Source: the human T2T-CHM13v2.0 reference genome, Homo sapiens. From it: 64,000 bases of DNA. Below the pieces are notes generated by a model. The model was not told the DNA's origin and did not search any database. It saw only the letters and a program-made list of their open reading frames with translations. Positions 13,659-27,830 of the stretch are shown here, piece after piece; the first letter of the stretch is position 1; each line of letters starts with the position of its first letter. The stretch lies in the NCBI RefSeq assembly GCF_009914755.1, contig NC_060942.1. One strand, written 5' to 3'. Position numbers and translations under genes: made by a program.

Positions 13659-14068
13659 TATATTAGGCCATTCTTTCATTGCCATAAAGAAATACCTGAG
13701 ACTGGGTAACTTATAAAGAAAGAGATTTAACTGGCTCATGGTTCTGCAGGCTATATAGGAAGTATAGTAGCTTCTGCTTCTAGGGAGACCTCAGGAAACT
13801 TAGAATCATGGTGGAGGGCAAAGGGGAAGCAGGCTTGTCTTACATGGTCAGAGCAGGAGAAAGAGAGAGAGTGGGGAGATACCACACATATTTTAACTAC
13901 CAGATCTCACAAGAACTCACAATACAGTATCAAGGAAGGACGTTGCTAAGCCATTTATGAAAACTCTGACCCCATGATCCAGTCACCTCCCATTAGGCCC
14001 CACCTCCAACATTGGAGATTGCATCTGAACGTGAGATTTGGTTGGGGACACAGATCCACCCCATATCA
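13659..14068 (-). mobile_element. MSTB-like MaLR solo LTR
   Basis: tatattaggccattct...ataaagaaatacctgagactggg...ccatatca; near-TSD gtggg/gtgag. Confidence 0.88.
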
Positions 14069-15199
14069 GTGAGCCAGTGATCAACTTATGTTTGGCAGGC
14101 AGGACGAGCATGCTCTGTAGTGGATTAGTTCTCATGATTCCTAACACCTGAAGCAGCTCTTAATTCCTTCTTATTTGATTGTTTTTTCTTATTGACATAC
14201 CTTCTTGGTCACATTCTATTTCTAGCTTCCTGAATCAGAAGATATAAAACACAAACAGAAACTTAAAATTGTAGTATATACATTTGTCCACGTGTGTCTG
14301 CCATTTTCCCTGCTCCATGTTGCTACTAATCTCCTCTGTCCTCATCAATTCCTGTCTTTCTCAAATAGTAGTCTCTCAGTCTTCATTCGTGTGTAGATTT
14401 CTTGATTCCACTGTTGAACTGAAAGTTCAAATGAGTGTGGGTAGACAATTATTTTTTCCTAAGCAGCCTGAGGATAGCATTTCTTATTCACAGTCTCTCT
14501 TGTTACTAATGAAAAGCCTCTTAATTATCTTCCTTTTGCGGCACTTCTCGTCCTGGTTGTTTTCTCGTTGTCTTCAGCACTCTCCAGTTTCACTAAACTG
14601 GGTCTAAAATGTGTTTGATTTTGATTTCATATTCTGTCCAAGGGCTTTGTTTCTTTCATACATTTCTTAAAAATGCATGTCTTTATCTTAGTCATTTTCT
14701 TGTAGAATATTATACTTACCCTACTTTCTCTCTTCTCAGCTCAGGAACTCCTGCCAAATGTGTTTGAATTTTTAATTCTAACCTCCATGGCTGATAACCA
14801 GCATTGTATGTTTTAAGACAAATATACTTACCCTACACCAAGGGGAGATTCCTAATTTGTTCTTTTTGAGTTATTGACCATGCTGTGTTTATCTATAACT
14901 ACTCTTTTGGTGTTGCTTAGATACTAGAGTCAGTGGTGATGTTAATTTTAGCCTCAAAAAATGTAGAATGATCTGTGGACATGGACAGGGTCACAGTTAC
15001 AGGCACAGAAAGCACTGTGAAGTTTTCAAATAGGCAAATATTTACATATGTATATGGTTATTTAAAAATGTATTTCTTATGTCAATCCATGACTTGCGTA
15101 TGTCACAATGGAATCTGGTGTAGGTTTTATTTCTTGACAGAAAGAAAGATTCTATCCTCATAGTGTTGAGTCTTTTGCAAGGACCTATGGATATAGGTG

Positions 15200-15333
15200 G
15201 TACCTACATGGGAACACATTGTCTAATACCACCCAGAATGGGTAGCAAAGTTCATAGTGAAGTTTCCACTGTGAGCGGCAGGTGGCGGGCTCTTCTGAGA
15301 AAGAAGCTTCTAGATGCATATTGTGGGGAGCAG
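15200..15333 (+). ncRNA. Candidate first exon of an overlapping plus-strand lncRNA
   Basis: Donor-like CAG|GTATGG at 15333 and a GC-rich patch gtgagcggcaggtggcgggc (15271-15290). I recall an antisense lncRNA (LINC01924) starting inside LINC00305; not verified. The start is approximate. Confidence 0.25.
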
Positions 15334-16276
15334 GTATGGGATAACCACTTGGAGTCTCCCTCATCCTCCTTGGATAATAAGTGGGTTTCTGAAGTCTGCA
15401 TCTTCTCCGCCTTCTATTTCCTCTAGAAATTTGTATAAAGAAATGTAGACATATTGTATATTACAGAGGAAGGCAGACTTCAGCTTAATTTTGAGGCAGA
15501 GAAAAGGGAGTGTTCATTTATGTGTCTGAAATGTAAGCATCCATAGAAAGAAGATTCCTCCTCCTGAGAACCCAACCTGCACCTTAATCAATTACCATTC
15601 TTGCCTTCACGTGCTGGCATGTCAGCAGCTTTGGTTCAGATTTTGACAATGACAGGGGATGTCATAGAAGAAGTGTGATTGGGTTCCCTGACTGGGATTT
15701 ATTGTACAGCAGATTTTGTTTTCTTTTGCTGGGAGAGAAGTAGCAAGGACTCTACCTACCTTGAAGGGGCAAATCCTCCTGGGGAAATTAGGAAGTGTTA
15801 TGCTTGGGAGCCTCCTTCAGGAGTGGCAGTTCTCTGCTGCTTCTTCACTTCCCCAGGACAAACAAAATTTTCTTTGAGGCTGCCCAGGGACCGGTCTGGA
15901 CACTCACCTTATGTCCGTTTCTCCTGAAATCTGCCAGGAAATCTGGCCCAGGCTGCATCCTGGGACCCGGAGGCCTCTCTACCCTTCCTCCTCCAGGCCC
16001 TGTGGAATTGTTCTATTCTCGGTGGTGGGGGCTGGAGGGTGTAACACCCCTCACTCTCCCCCTGCTTCTCCAGCATGCTGTTCTTGGTCTCCTTCTTTAC
16101 TACTTCAGCACCCACCCCCCAGCTCCCCTCTCTTTACCTCCTCCACAAACCGTTTGGGTGCTCTAAGACCTCAGAGCAAAAGAGTCAGAAAAAAAAGGAC
16201 AGTTTTTTATTTTTCTGCTTCAACCTGCCATGTAGCTTCCCTGAGGTATCACAGTGCATATAAAAAATGTTTTCTA

Positions 16277-16578
16277 GGCCGGGTGTGGTGTCTCACGGCT
16301 GTAATCCCAGCACTTAGGGAGGCTGAGGTGGGCGGATCACCTGAGGTCAGGAGTTTGAGACCAGCCTGGCTAACATGGTGAAACCTCATCTCTACCAAAA
16401 ATACAAAAATTAGCCGGACTTGGTGACACACACCTGTAGTCCCAGCTACTAGGGAGGCTGAGGTGGGAGGATCTCTTGAACCTGGGAGACAGAGGTTACA
16501 GTGAACTGATTGTACCACTGCACTCCAGCCTGGGTGACAGAGTGAGATTCCGTCTCAAAACAAACAAACAAACAAAAA
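16277..16578 (+). mobile_element. Alu (AluSx/Sz-like)
   Basis: Full dimer; degenerate TSD aaaatgttttcta / aaaaagttatcta. Confidence 0.95.
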
Positions 16579-19500
16579 AAAGTTATCTAGTGAAATTGAT
16601 CATTAAAAATTTAAAAACCCCTCAAATTGTATAAACATTATATATTATTTCTGTGGGTGGTGTGTATGTGTGTACGTGCACGTGTGTGTACGTGTGTGTA
16701 GAGTACATGTGTTCAAAGAAATGATGCCTTACATTTACACTATGGTAATGGTATGGGATAGGGTGGCAATGGTGCACTTATCCCCCAACATTTGCATTAA
16801 AATGAAATTTTGATCCATGCGGTTGCTCAATTCATTTTCTTAAAGAGGCCACACCTGATCCAATAATATCAATACTACGATAAATATCTCTGAAATGACA
16901 CAGGGAGAACCTGGTTAGTAGGTGAGAGAAGCATCACAATTTCCAGTAACTCACAGTTACTTTTACATCAACCAAATTAAGGAGAAATAGCAGTTATGAG
17001 TGAAAATGGAGAGATATAATTAGAAAGGCTTTTATCCCTGTGCTTTCTCATGTCCTGCAATTGGCCATACCTGGGTGCTACCCTTTGCAGGAATGCATGT
17101 AACATTGTTTCCAATGACATTCTGGCTTAAGGGAAGGAAGGGAATACTAGCAATTTGTCAACAGAGTTAGCCTTTGAGATTTCTGCTTCTACAAACTGAA
17201 GCCCTGATTGGCACCTGAACTTTAGAAGGTTTATTTAATGCTACAGAACCTCAGCATTTTCAGGTTACCCTTCAATTTGGAAGTGTTGTGTATATTTTCT
17301 CCAGTGATCCATTGCTCACCTCTGCTTAGCCTCTGAATCCCCTTGCTCTTGAGGTTAGCATCTCCCAGCATGTTTCTGTAAACCTGGGCATGTCTGCTAT
17401 GCCTGGAAGCCTGGACATAGGTTGGCTGAGATTGTGCCTACGCTCTGGCTTTCCTGGCAATGACGTCTTTACTCCACACCTGCTCCTGGCTATTTCACTC
17501 ATTTCCACCTTTACAAACTTAGATCTATTTTGTCACCACCTAGAAGCTTCTGGTTCCAATAACAAATGTTCGAAGATGCCCTCTCCCTCTGCCCATTCCT
17601 CTTTCTGTCATTTATACCCCCTTCCTCCATTGTCATCTGGAGTTTCTGGGTTCTATCATGACACTTGCAAAATGCCTCTGCTGCCTCAATATATAAATAA
17701 CACTAATTTGTCATTTGAATCAATGCTGCCTTGTCAGTGTTGTGATAATTAACCCATGGGCTGGCATCCCACGTGTGTGTCTCTGGAATGAGAACACACG
17801 GACCCAAGTATGATCATGATGCTTCCAGTGAGTCAAGGAGCAGAAAAATGACGCAGGAACAACTGGAATTAGATCAGCAAGCAGAATAAGAAAAGAAAAA
17901 TGAAACACAACTTTGTTTCATTCTTTGTGTTCCTGATTGTGGCTCAGGTGGCAAACTTGCCAGCTGCATTGTTTATGTACTCACAGAAGAAATGAAGGCT
18001 CCTGGTTACCTTGGAGGATGATACATGAAGAAAAAATCTTGAAAGCTAGTGAGCAAATTGCTGTTTACAGATATGACATTTTGGCTAAGAAATAGGGTAT
18101 AATTGATGTGCACCAATTCCGGGCCTGGCCCATAAAATATTTTTCAAAATCCTCTCCTCAATCTCATTTTCTCATCTCTGCATGGCAGAAAGAGAAGACA
18201 TTCAAAATGGTGGAGCCCCATGGAGAAAAGAGCTCAGATCCTTGAATCATCACTGAAAATAATAGTCTTTGGTGGAGGTGAAGACAGATTCATTGCAAAT
18301 GGACCTGGATTAGAAGTGACTAACCTCGACTGTTCTGGGCTCATATTCTGGGTCAGAGAAACAGACAAGTAATAGAATGCTTGGTAGAGGCCATGTGCTA
18401 CGAAACACTGGGGACATCTGCAGGAGACAGAATGTGAAGGAGTAAGGGGGAGGACTGTGACCTATGATATGTGTTTCCCATAAAGGTGATAAATACTGGT
18501 GAATCAGCATAGTGTCGAGGAAAGAGAAAAATTGAAGGGAACTCTCTGAAATCCTTCAAGCTTCAGATGCTGGAGTGATGATGGCTGCGTACAGAAGGCA
18601 TTGGGATAGATGCGCACGGAGGAAGCATTGGCTTTTGCCTACTGCATTTCTGACTGATGAAAATGAATGGACAAAAGTCCTCTGCACATGTGTTCCAGGA
18701 GACATGGTGGTGGAGGGTTTAGAGAATAGAAACCAGGCTTGCCCAAGTACAGAAATATACTCATTCTTCGTGACATCGGAGATACAAAAGAACTTTGGAT
18801 TCTCATGTTTGTGTTAATTTGGCCAGAAGAAGAGGCATGTGGTCAATGTATCTTATAGGGTAGAGTCAGAGGACTGAAATCCACCTTCCAGAGGGAGGAT
18901 TAAAGGTCGGTGAGGCCCTACCACCTGAGACCTGTCCATAATATCCAAGGCCATGGGAATGACAATAGGCTGGTTCTACATCTCCACGAGCAGGGTTCTC
19001 CAGAACAGGCTCAGGCCATTGAAGGTGGCTTTACCAATTATTCTGCTGTAACTATGGAGAGAATGAGCACAAGCAGGGGAGCTGAGACAAGGCAGGCAAA
19101 CAACCTCTAAAAATCTACAATTGGTGATTGGTGTGCTACTGATTAAGGTAAAGGCACAGAATTATACATCCAGGTTTCTATTACTTATGGCAGAGCCTCA
19201 GACCCAGGTTGAGAGACCACTGGCCTTAAGAAAAAAAATGGGGTTGCTGATTTCTGGATAATAATCCAACTCTACAAATTGAAGAAGCAACATACCCTCT
19301 TTGTTAAAGTCGAAGGAAGGGTAAGATTTTCCTGGAAAATTGCCAGCATGCTAAGAACTTGCTTAAATCTATAAAGGAAGCTAAGGATGGCTTGGGGTGC
19401 TTGGAAAATGAGAGAGAAGGGGAATCATAAAAGAAAGAAGTGCAACACATGAGTATTATGGGTTAGCATGATAAGTTGACTGTGGTCCATTCGCCCTCCT

Positions 19501-20789
19501 CAGGTGGGTGCACAGAGAGAAGGAAAGATGAAAACTCAGGTCAGAGAAGTAGGTAACTATGCTAGTTCAATCTAACCATAACTGCTACTGCTGTTTTGGA
19601 GCCAAGGACAGTCTATTCCCATTCCTTGGTCACAGAAGGCCTCTTAGAGTTGTCTCCCAGGACTAATAAATTAGAACCAGATGAACAAATGTGAGGTGAT
19701 AAGAAAATAAAGGGTGAAACAAACAAGAATTGAGAAACAACCCTTATCTGTGCTTACATATACAGCCCCTAGGGTGGAGGTCAAGAAAGTCACATCCACA
19801 ATCTGATAGTGTTAGGTGTGTAGTAGACACTGTCACTGAGGAACCAGCCCCAAACAAGTGTACAGTTGGCTCCAATACATACTTTGATTATATATTTTTT
19901 CACTTATCTGTCTGTGTAAAAATATATAGGGTAGAGCCTTGGCAAAGACTGCGAAGTATTTATACAATGGAGGATGGAACCTGGAGAAAAAGAAAGAAAC
20001 ATAATACATCTAGGGCTATTTTCCCCATTCAGGGGATTAAAAACTAACTTTTATTTCTTTTCCCATTTATGTGGAGGAGGAGAAAGCTCTGCCTAAAGCT
20101 CATCTAGAATATGTTGCATCACATCAATCTCCCTTACCCCCACATTTGAAAAATCACTGCTGTAGATGTGTGAAATGGATTTGTGGAACAGTAATATTTC
20201 ATTTAGGATTTGAGAAAAATGTATTTGATCCTATGGGAGGTACTCTATTGAGTAATTTAAGAGACTAACATTAGTGAGTAGGCTAACAGGGTCTTGAAAC
20301 AGGGACACCAATACAAAGTTGTTTAATTGGGGTCAGTGCACAGGAAACAGAACTCAAGAGGGTTCCCATTAGTGAAAGAGTATGATAGCTTGTCATGTTA
20401 GGAACTGCCTGTAATGCAAGATGGTGTGAAAGGTTGGAGAAATTAAGTGGAAAAGACCATGATTCTTACTGATCAGGACAGCTTTGGTCAGAAGGCACCT
20501 GTCTCATTAGTAGTAGAAATAGGAATTACAATTGGAACTAACAACAAATTTGTGTTTCATGTGATAAAGCATGTGAATACTTGAGTAATTAAATGAAACA
20601 CTTCTAATTTACTTATTTACATATTGAGCCATTTATTCATTGTCATCATCGGCCTCATCGTCATCATCATGATCATGCCTTCTATGTATTCAGCGTCTAC
20701 CAGTTTTGAAAGTATACTGGGTATGCTGGGAAGATTTTTATCTATTACTTCATTAATCTTAACAACAACTCTGGTAGACATAACTAATG

Positions 20790-21370
20790 CTCAGAAATAT
20801 CTTGGTTTTTTTTTCCTGTCACATGGAAGACTGCAATTCCTAGACTCCCTGTGGTTGGATGTAGCCATTTACTTTGTTCCGGCCGTTGGACATGGAAGAG
20901 GATTGATGTGCACCACCTTCAGGCTAAAGCACTCAATTAATTGCCAGTGCAAGACTCTCCACTCCGAGCTTGTCCAACCTGTGGCCTGTGGGCCGCACGT
21001 GGCCCAGGATAGCTTTGAATGCAGCCCAACACAAAATTGTAAACTTTCTTAAATCATTGTGAGTTTTTTTCTGCAATTTTTTTTTAAGCTCATCAGCTAT
21101 CATTAGTGTGTTTTATGTGTGGCCCAAGACAATTCTTCTTCTTCCAATATGGCCCATGGAAGCCAAAAGATTGGAACCCCTGTTCTACTCCACCTTCTCC
21201 TGGACATCTAAAAGGAGGCTTTGTATTGAGATAGTAGAGTCAAAATTATTCGGTAGCTTGGATCCCTGAGAGGCCTTCTGGTCCCACAGAAGACTTTGTA
21301 TGAATAAGAAATAAAATTTTATTGTGTAAAGCCACTGAGTGAAGGATTGTTTGTTATCGTAGCATAACCT
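20790..21370 (+). mobile_element. Old MLT1 (I/J-like) LTR interrupted by MER30
   Basis: 3' end aagaaataaaattttattgtgtaaagccactgag...ttgtttgttatcgtagcataacct. Boundaries approximate. Confidence 0.6.
20965..21182 (-). mobile_element. MER30 hAT-Charlie MITE
   Basis: agcttgtccaacc...gaagccaaaagattggaacccctg; degenerate 8-bp TSD ctccactc / ttctactc. Confidence 0.9.
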
Positions 21371-24300
21371 TACCTCTCCTCACTCTGCAAAGAATATCTG
21401 CTTATTAGTTGCATTTTTCTGAGAAAACTGAGGCTTGGAACAGTAACATACCTTAAGCTGGTATTGCACATTCAGTTCAGCTGGAGTATAAGCCTATCTG
21501 TTTCTGTCTCTACAACCGGATGATAGTAAAACAGTTTGAACAATGTAACTAGCTTACTGGGTTCTACTAGACTGACAGTACTATAGAGGAATAGTAGCAT
21601 AGAAAGGTAAATTGGAAAGACTTTGGGGGTATAAATGGGACATTTTTTGAAGAAGAAATGCTTGAGATTTTTTTATGGTGACCTACAAAGATACTGGCAC
21701 AGAGGACTTGGGGATCTTCTTTTTGGAAGTGACTTAGCCTTGTCTGGATATTTACCTGTTATCTGTGTCCATATTTTAGATAATTTTTTTTTGCACGAGT
21801 TATTTAGAAGTTTAAAAAGATCTCTGCTGCTAAGTAAGAAATGCAGAATAAAATAAACAACAAAAGAGCCTTTGCTTTGGCCTGACAGAAACACTGGCTG
21901 GTTCATTCATGCTACACTTGGAAAACATTAGGAAAAACTAAGCCGTTATTACCTGTGGCAAAACACTTTGCTGTGGATGGACGCACTGCTAATGACCTCG
22001 CAGCAGGAAGTATGGCTCTGAAAGCACTTCTCCGTTTCCAATGCAGGGTGACTGGAGTGTTTTTCTACATCCTGATTAGTGCTTCAGAATCTCTGTGTGG
22101 TGCTTTCTGAGAACAGAGTGGGTCTGTATTTTGTTAAATGTTGCAAGGATGGATGATTGACAATCATGGATCAAATAAGCACTCAGTAATCCATCAGAGG
22201 AAAGACTGTGAGAAAAAATAGATGACAAACTACCTTCAAATATATAGTTTGCATACTTTAACACTTATTTCATCAGGATGGTTGCCTTATTGTGACATAC
22301 CATGTTTTTCCATTTCCTCCCTTCAGAATGACTAACAGAACTTGCAGCTCTTTCTCCTTCAAGACCAGCTGTCAGTGTGAGATAGGGATTAAGGCAGGGC
22401 ATTTTCATGATGAGACTGTAAATCTCTTGGCGGAGAGGATTTGACCTTCCTCACCTCTGTATGCCCAGATTCCAGCCTAATACGTGACACACAGTAGGTT
22501 CTCAGCCAACAATGGGGGAGAGCATGAGGACAGCAGAAGCTTCTGAATGCAGCTCAAATGGAAAATAAGCTCCCTGATACCCTGTCATTTTTAGTGTTTC
22601 AAATGTGAATTCTTGTTTATAGAATAGTAAGGAAAATACATAATCATAATATTTTAAAACAGAATATGAAAAGACTAAGTCAGCTGGCAGATTCCAAAGT
22701 AGAACACAAGTGTCTTAACCTCTAGCCCTGTTACCGTGTATGCTGCCTGGAGGAGGCAAACCTTAGGGTGGGAGTAGAACCAGGTGGTGGATGGCTGGGT
22801 CCCTGCTCTCTCTGGATGGCTTTCTGGTCTCTCAACCTGCCTGAGTCAAGTCGTCCAAGCTCCTTCAGGAAAGTGTTAGGGAAGCAATGTGTTTCCACGC
22901 CAGGTTTCCTAAGGATTATGAGAAGCTGGCTTTAATACTTTTTAATAGTAAAATTTAATTAAACTAAATGTACCTCCGGGAACAGTAATGTATGCAAACT
23001 TATCACAAAATCAAGGACCATGGTGAGAAAAAGTGAGAGCTTAATGTGGATGAATTCCAAAATATTTGGCTTAAGCAACAAAACCAATTTATTCTATATT
23101 TCCCCTTAATATGTCGTGTGGATCTTTTAACAGTTGGTTGTTTAATAATAGTAATCTTCAAGCTTATTTCTCGGATCAGCATGCGTGTGACAGTCCTTCA
23201 TTCTCAGTAAACACTGTGTGATACAATCAGCCTGCCGCAGATGCTCCTTATTCTATTACTGCGGCATAATCATTTGGGGAAATCTGTGAAACTAATGCAA
23301 AATCTCACAAAGCTATTCAGAAATATGGATTGAAAATGGAAGACTGGAAAAATAGCTTGTCATAGCCCATTAGCGACTACACGCTGCGATTTAAGAAACT
23401 ATTTTTCAAACGTTTCCATTTTGCACATTGCTCAAAAAAAAAAAAAAAAAAAATCCTACCTTGTTTGTTCCTGAAGAACAATGGGAACATCTATCATAGG
23501 ATGTTAAGGCAGATTTACCAGGAAAATATTCATATTTCCGTTGGAAGAAAATATGTGGACTTGATTTAAGATTAGCATATGCATTTTCCTCAAAGATAAA
23601 CACTATTTATGGTGTTTATTTTTATTGAGAACAGAGGACAATAATGTAATACAATTTAGTGGTATGATTTTGTTGATCTTGATAAGCAAGATTCTATACT
23701 TACGGATTGGCCAGCATTTTATCAGACTGGCTATTAATTCTTTCATTTCCCCTCTTTCTTCATTGTTTTATAAATATTTATTACAAATCTTGCCTATCTT
23801 CAACCTGCTCTAACCTGGGTGTCTTTCTCTAATCATTGATCTCTCTTTCCAGAAAGAATCTTTTCTATTTTACTTCATAATCAATGACTTTTGGTTTTTC
23901 ATTTGGGCACATTATTCCCCCTACTGAGATGCCAGCAACTTTTCTAGGTTTTTCTCAATTCCTTGTTAAGAAAACAGTAGTTCTCCCCATCCCCCATACT
24001 CCAGGGAGGAAAAGAAGTAATAGTTACTGTGAACCTATTCCTATATCCTGAGCCTTCTACTGAGAGCTATCATGACAATTTCTTATATTTTATAGGTTGG
24101 AAACTGACAGTAAGAGGTGTTAAACAACTTTTCTAAGGTTATACATTGAGTATATTGCAGAGTTTGCATTCAAAGAAAGCCATGTTATTCTGACACTCAA
24201 ACTCCTGGTCTTTCCGTTCTTGCACGGTATTCTAGAATTAACTACTCCCTACACTAGGCAGAGGCATCACAAGCGTGGGCTACAGTCAGAGGGACGAGGG

Positions 24301-25085
24301 AACTACATTTCACTCTGCCACTTACTGCCTTAGCAATTTACTTAGTTTTCTAGTGAAAATGATACTTAGCTTTCCAATTTAAAATAAAAACCTAGCAGAT
24401 AATGTAGCACAATGCTTACGTCTGAGTAAAAAGCAGAAAAAGAGATTATTATCATTATTACCCCAAGAAGAGTAGTTGCATATTTATCCTGGAAAAGAGC
24501 TATAAATTATTTAATTATTTTCCTTGATTTGACTATTTCTTTCAAGTTCAAAATTTCTGCCCTCCAAGTTCCTGCCCCCTGCACCTTTCCCCAGGTGGCT
24601 TGCACATAATGGAAGGGAAGCACTTATAAGACTTACAAGACCCACAGGCTTAGACCTCTAAGTTAGTTACACTGCCCATGAGAGTGAGGAGACACGCTTT
24701 CTGCTGTCTTCCCAGTTTCAGGGAAAGGCGTAAGTGCTGTATTTGGGCTATATTACCCGAAAGACCTTGTTTCACCTGCAGGGAAAGGATGGCCAGTAAT
24801 ACTCAACCTCAGCAGTAGACCCAAATGTGTAGGGCAGATGTATAGAGAAGAGATCAATAACCTTGATCTTTGCTGCTGGGTGACCACCCAGTCATGGATA
24901 CGGAGAGGCTGCTCTTTTCCATAATGTTTCTTTGGAGGCTGACTCTGTAGACTTTCTAAAGCACACTGAAACTTGTAATTCTCTCAAATATCCATTTCTA
25001 CTGGTATATTCACAAATAATTATTTATAAAATCTTAAGCAGAGTTTTATGAAATTTATGGGAAGCACATAAAAATGAAAGAAAAT

Positions 25086-25363
<278 letters not shown>

Positions 25364-25500
25364 TCAGGGTTCTAAAGTGCAAACTTTCCAAAGAGGTTCT
25401 CCCTGCCTGTATATTTAGGAATGTCTTCTGAATTCTACTTTGGGGGAGGAGACGGGTGCCTCAATTCCTTTTTCCAAGCCCTTAACCAGAGGATTGCTGA

Positions 25501-26022
<522 letters not shown>

Positions 26023-26864
26023 TAAAGAGGTAAAAAGCCTGAAAACTTTCTGAGAGCTTCTACACACCCTTCTCCCTTCTCCTCCCACCCTCCTCCATGC
26101 AGGGCTGGGGTGATGCACCCATTTGTCGTCAGCCCTCTGGGATGCTTTACTGCCACCATTGGTTTTGAAAGAACACACCAGGGAAAGGGAAAGCCGTGTG
26201 CTGAAATTTAGGGGAGGCTCTGAAGACTACACTCATCTCCGCCTTATCTTCAACCCAAATTGTCTGCCTTGTTCACATTTCATTAGCACTAATTTCTAGA
26301 GGGCCTGTCTAGTGAGTTAGATATTGTGTTCCCAAATGTCCACTGTACATACGCAGGCATCTTAGAAGGATGACACAGTAATCTACCATGAGCCTTCCAT
26401 TAGGGCATGAACACAGAGTTTATGGCATCAGGCAACCCATTGAGAACACAGGTGAGGTGCATGAGGCAAGGAAGCCTCACTGAGGAACAAAATTAGGTTT
26501 TCCAGCCTGAGGACTTTGCAAAGAAGGAGGAAAATGAGGTAGGAATGATTTGCAGGTGCATTTGTGTGTGGGGAGGCTGCTTATGGGGGTAAGGTAGGAG
26601 GGGGAACGTGAGGGTGTCAGATGGGACAGTGGAATGAGAACCCAAAGACACATTTTATGTACTAAGATATTATAGAACATTTTGAAGTGTGAGGGAGCCC
26701 AGGTTCTCTCTTTAAAACTTCTTTATGATGAGTCTGTTCAAGGAGGCCTCAATGTTCCTCTCAGCTTTTCTAAACTTTAGACGGTTCTTCAAGCCTCTAG
26801 GATCCTTGCCTTCCTTTTTTTAAATAAGTATTTACTTTTAAAAAATTGCAATTTTAAATTCTTC

Positions 26865-27295
26865 CTTTACATCTTTGAGTTGAAAATCTCATTAAAAGCT
26901 TCTTGCCAGTTTTGCAACTCAGAACTGTCTTTCTCAAGGATCTGGGAGTCATCTCTTTGAAAAGAAATAATCAAAAAAGATAGCATCCGTATCTCCCAGT
27001 TTCTACGGGAGGATAGGAGCCTAACATTTTCCAAGTTGTAAAACTGCCTCCTGTCCTCAAGATAGGAGAAAATGTACTTTTCCATTGGGTAAGGCCAATA
27101 AGCCAACAGATGCCCTAAAATCCCTCCTCCATCCCTAGTCTTAGCTCTTAAAAGCTCTCCAGCCATTTTTTACCAGTGGAGTTAAGACTGAGTTCTGGTG
27201 CCCTTTCCATTATTGCGACATCCTTAAAGTCTTCCTTGCCTATGTGATTATGTGTGCTGCAATTTTTTTAAGCCCCAAAGGAATTTGCTTTTTGA
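26865..27295 (+). mobile_element. ERV1 LTR fragment (MER31-like)
   Basis: ctcaaggatctgggagtcatctctttgaaa...gatagcatccgtatctcccagtttc..gggaggataggagcctaac resembles the MER31 family. Confidence 0.55.
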
Positions 27296-27685
27296 TAAGA
27301 ATTCAGTAACAAAAAGTGGGTCTCAGGATGAATCAGTTTACAACATACAGAATTAACATTAAAATGAGATAAGTAACTTTTATAGAAATATTGACCAGAG
27401 AATGTCCTTTCAAATGTTTTTCCTCCTAGCATGACAAAAAGTTTTAATTTGTAAAAATTATGTTATGTTTGCTCCTAATGTTTTAAGAACATATTAATTG
27501 CATAAACTATACTCCTATATAAACATCTTAAGAATATTTATTTCATAAGATTGACATTAACCGTTGAGTTCCTCTGTTTCTGCAAACGTGATGTTAGTTC
27601 ACATGCAGTTTTATTTGATGTTACACAACATATATATCAATTGTCACTTTCTTTTCATGTTTCTTTTCTTTTCCTTTTTTTCCGG

Positions 27686-27830
27686 CTTTATTTTGGTGTA
27701 ATTGACAAACATTGTATATATTTATAGTGTACTATGTGATGATGCTTTGACACATGCAGACATTGTGAGAGGATTGCCATGATCAAGCTAATTAACATTG
27801 CCTTCACTTCACAGAGTTGTCATTTTTTTG
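27686..27830 (-). mobile_element. L1MA/MB 3'-end fragment
   Basis: tttattttggtgtaattgacaa...attgtatatattta...gatcaagctaattaacat. Confidence 0.75.

Noticed and set aside
17050-19080. LTR-like degenerate segments
   Set aside because: Probably old ERVL/MaLR remnants, but I could not assign family or boundaries by eye.
23433-23453. Isolated poly(A) run (another at 52157-52182)
   Set aside because: No upstream retrocopy body or TSD; a simple mononucleotide expansion.
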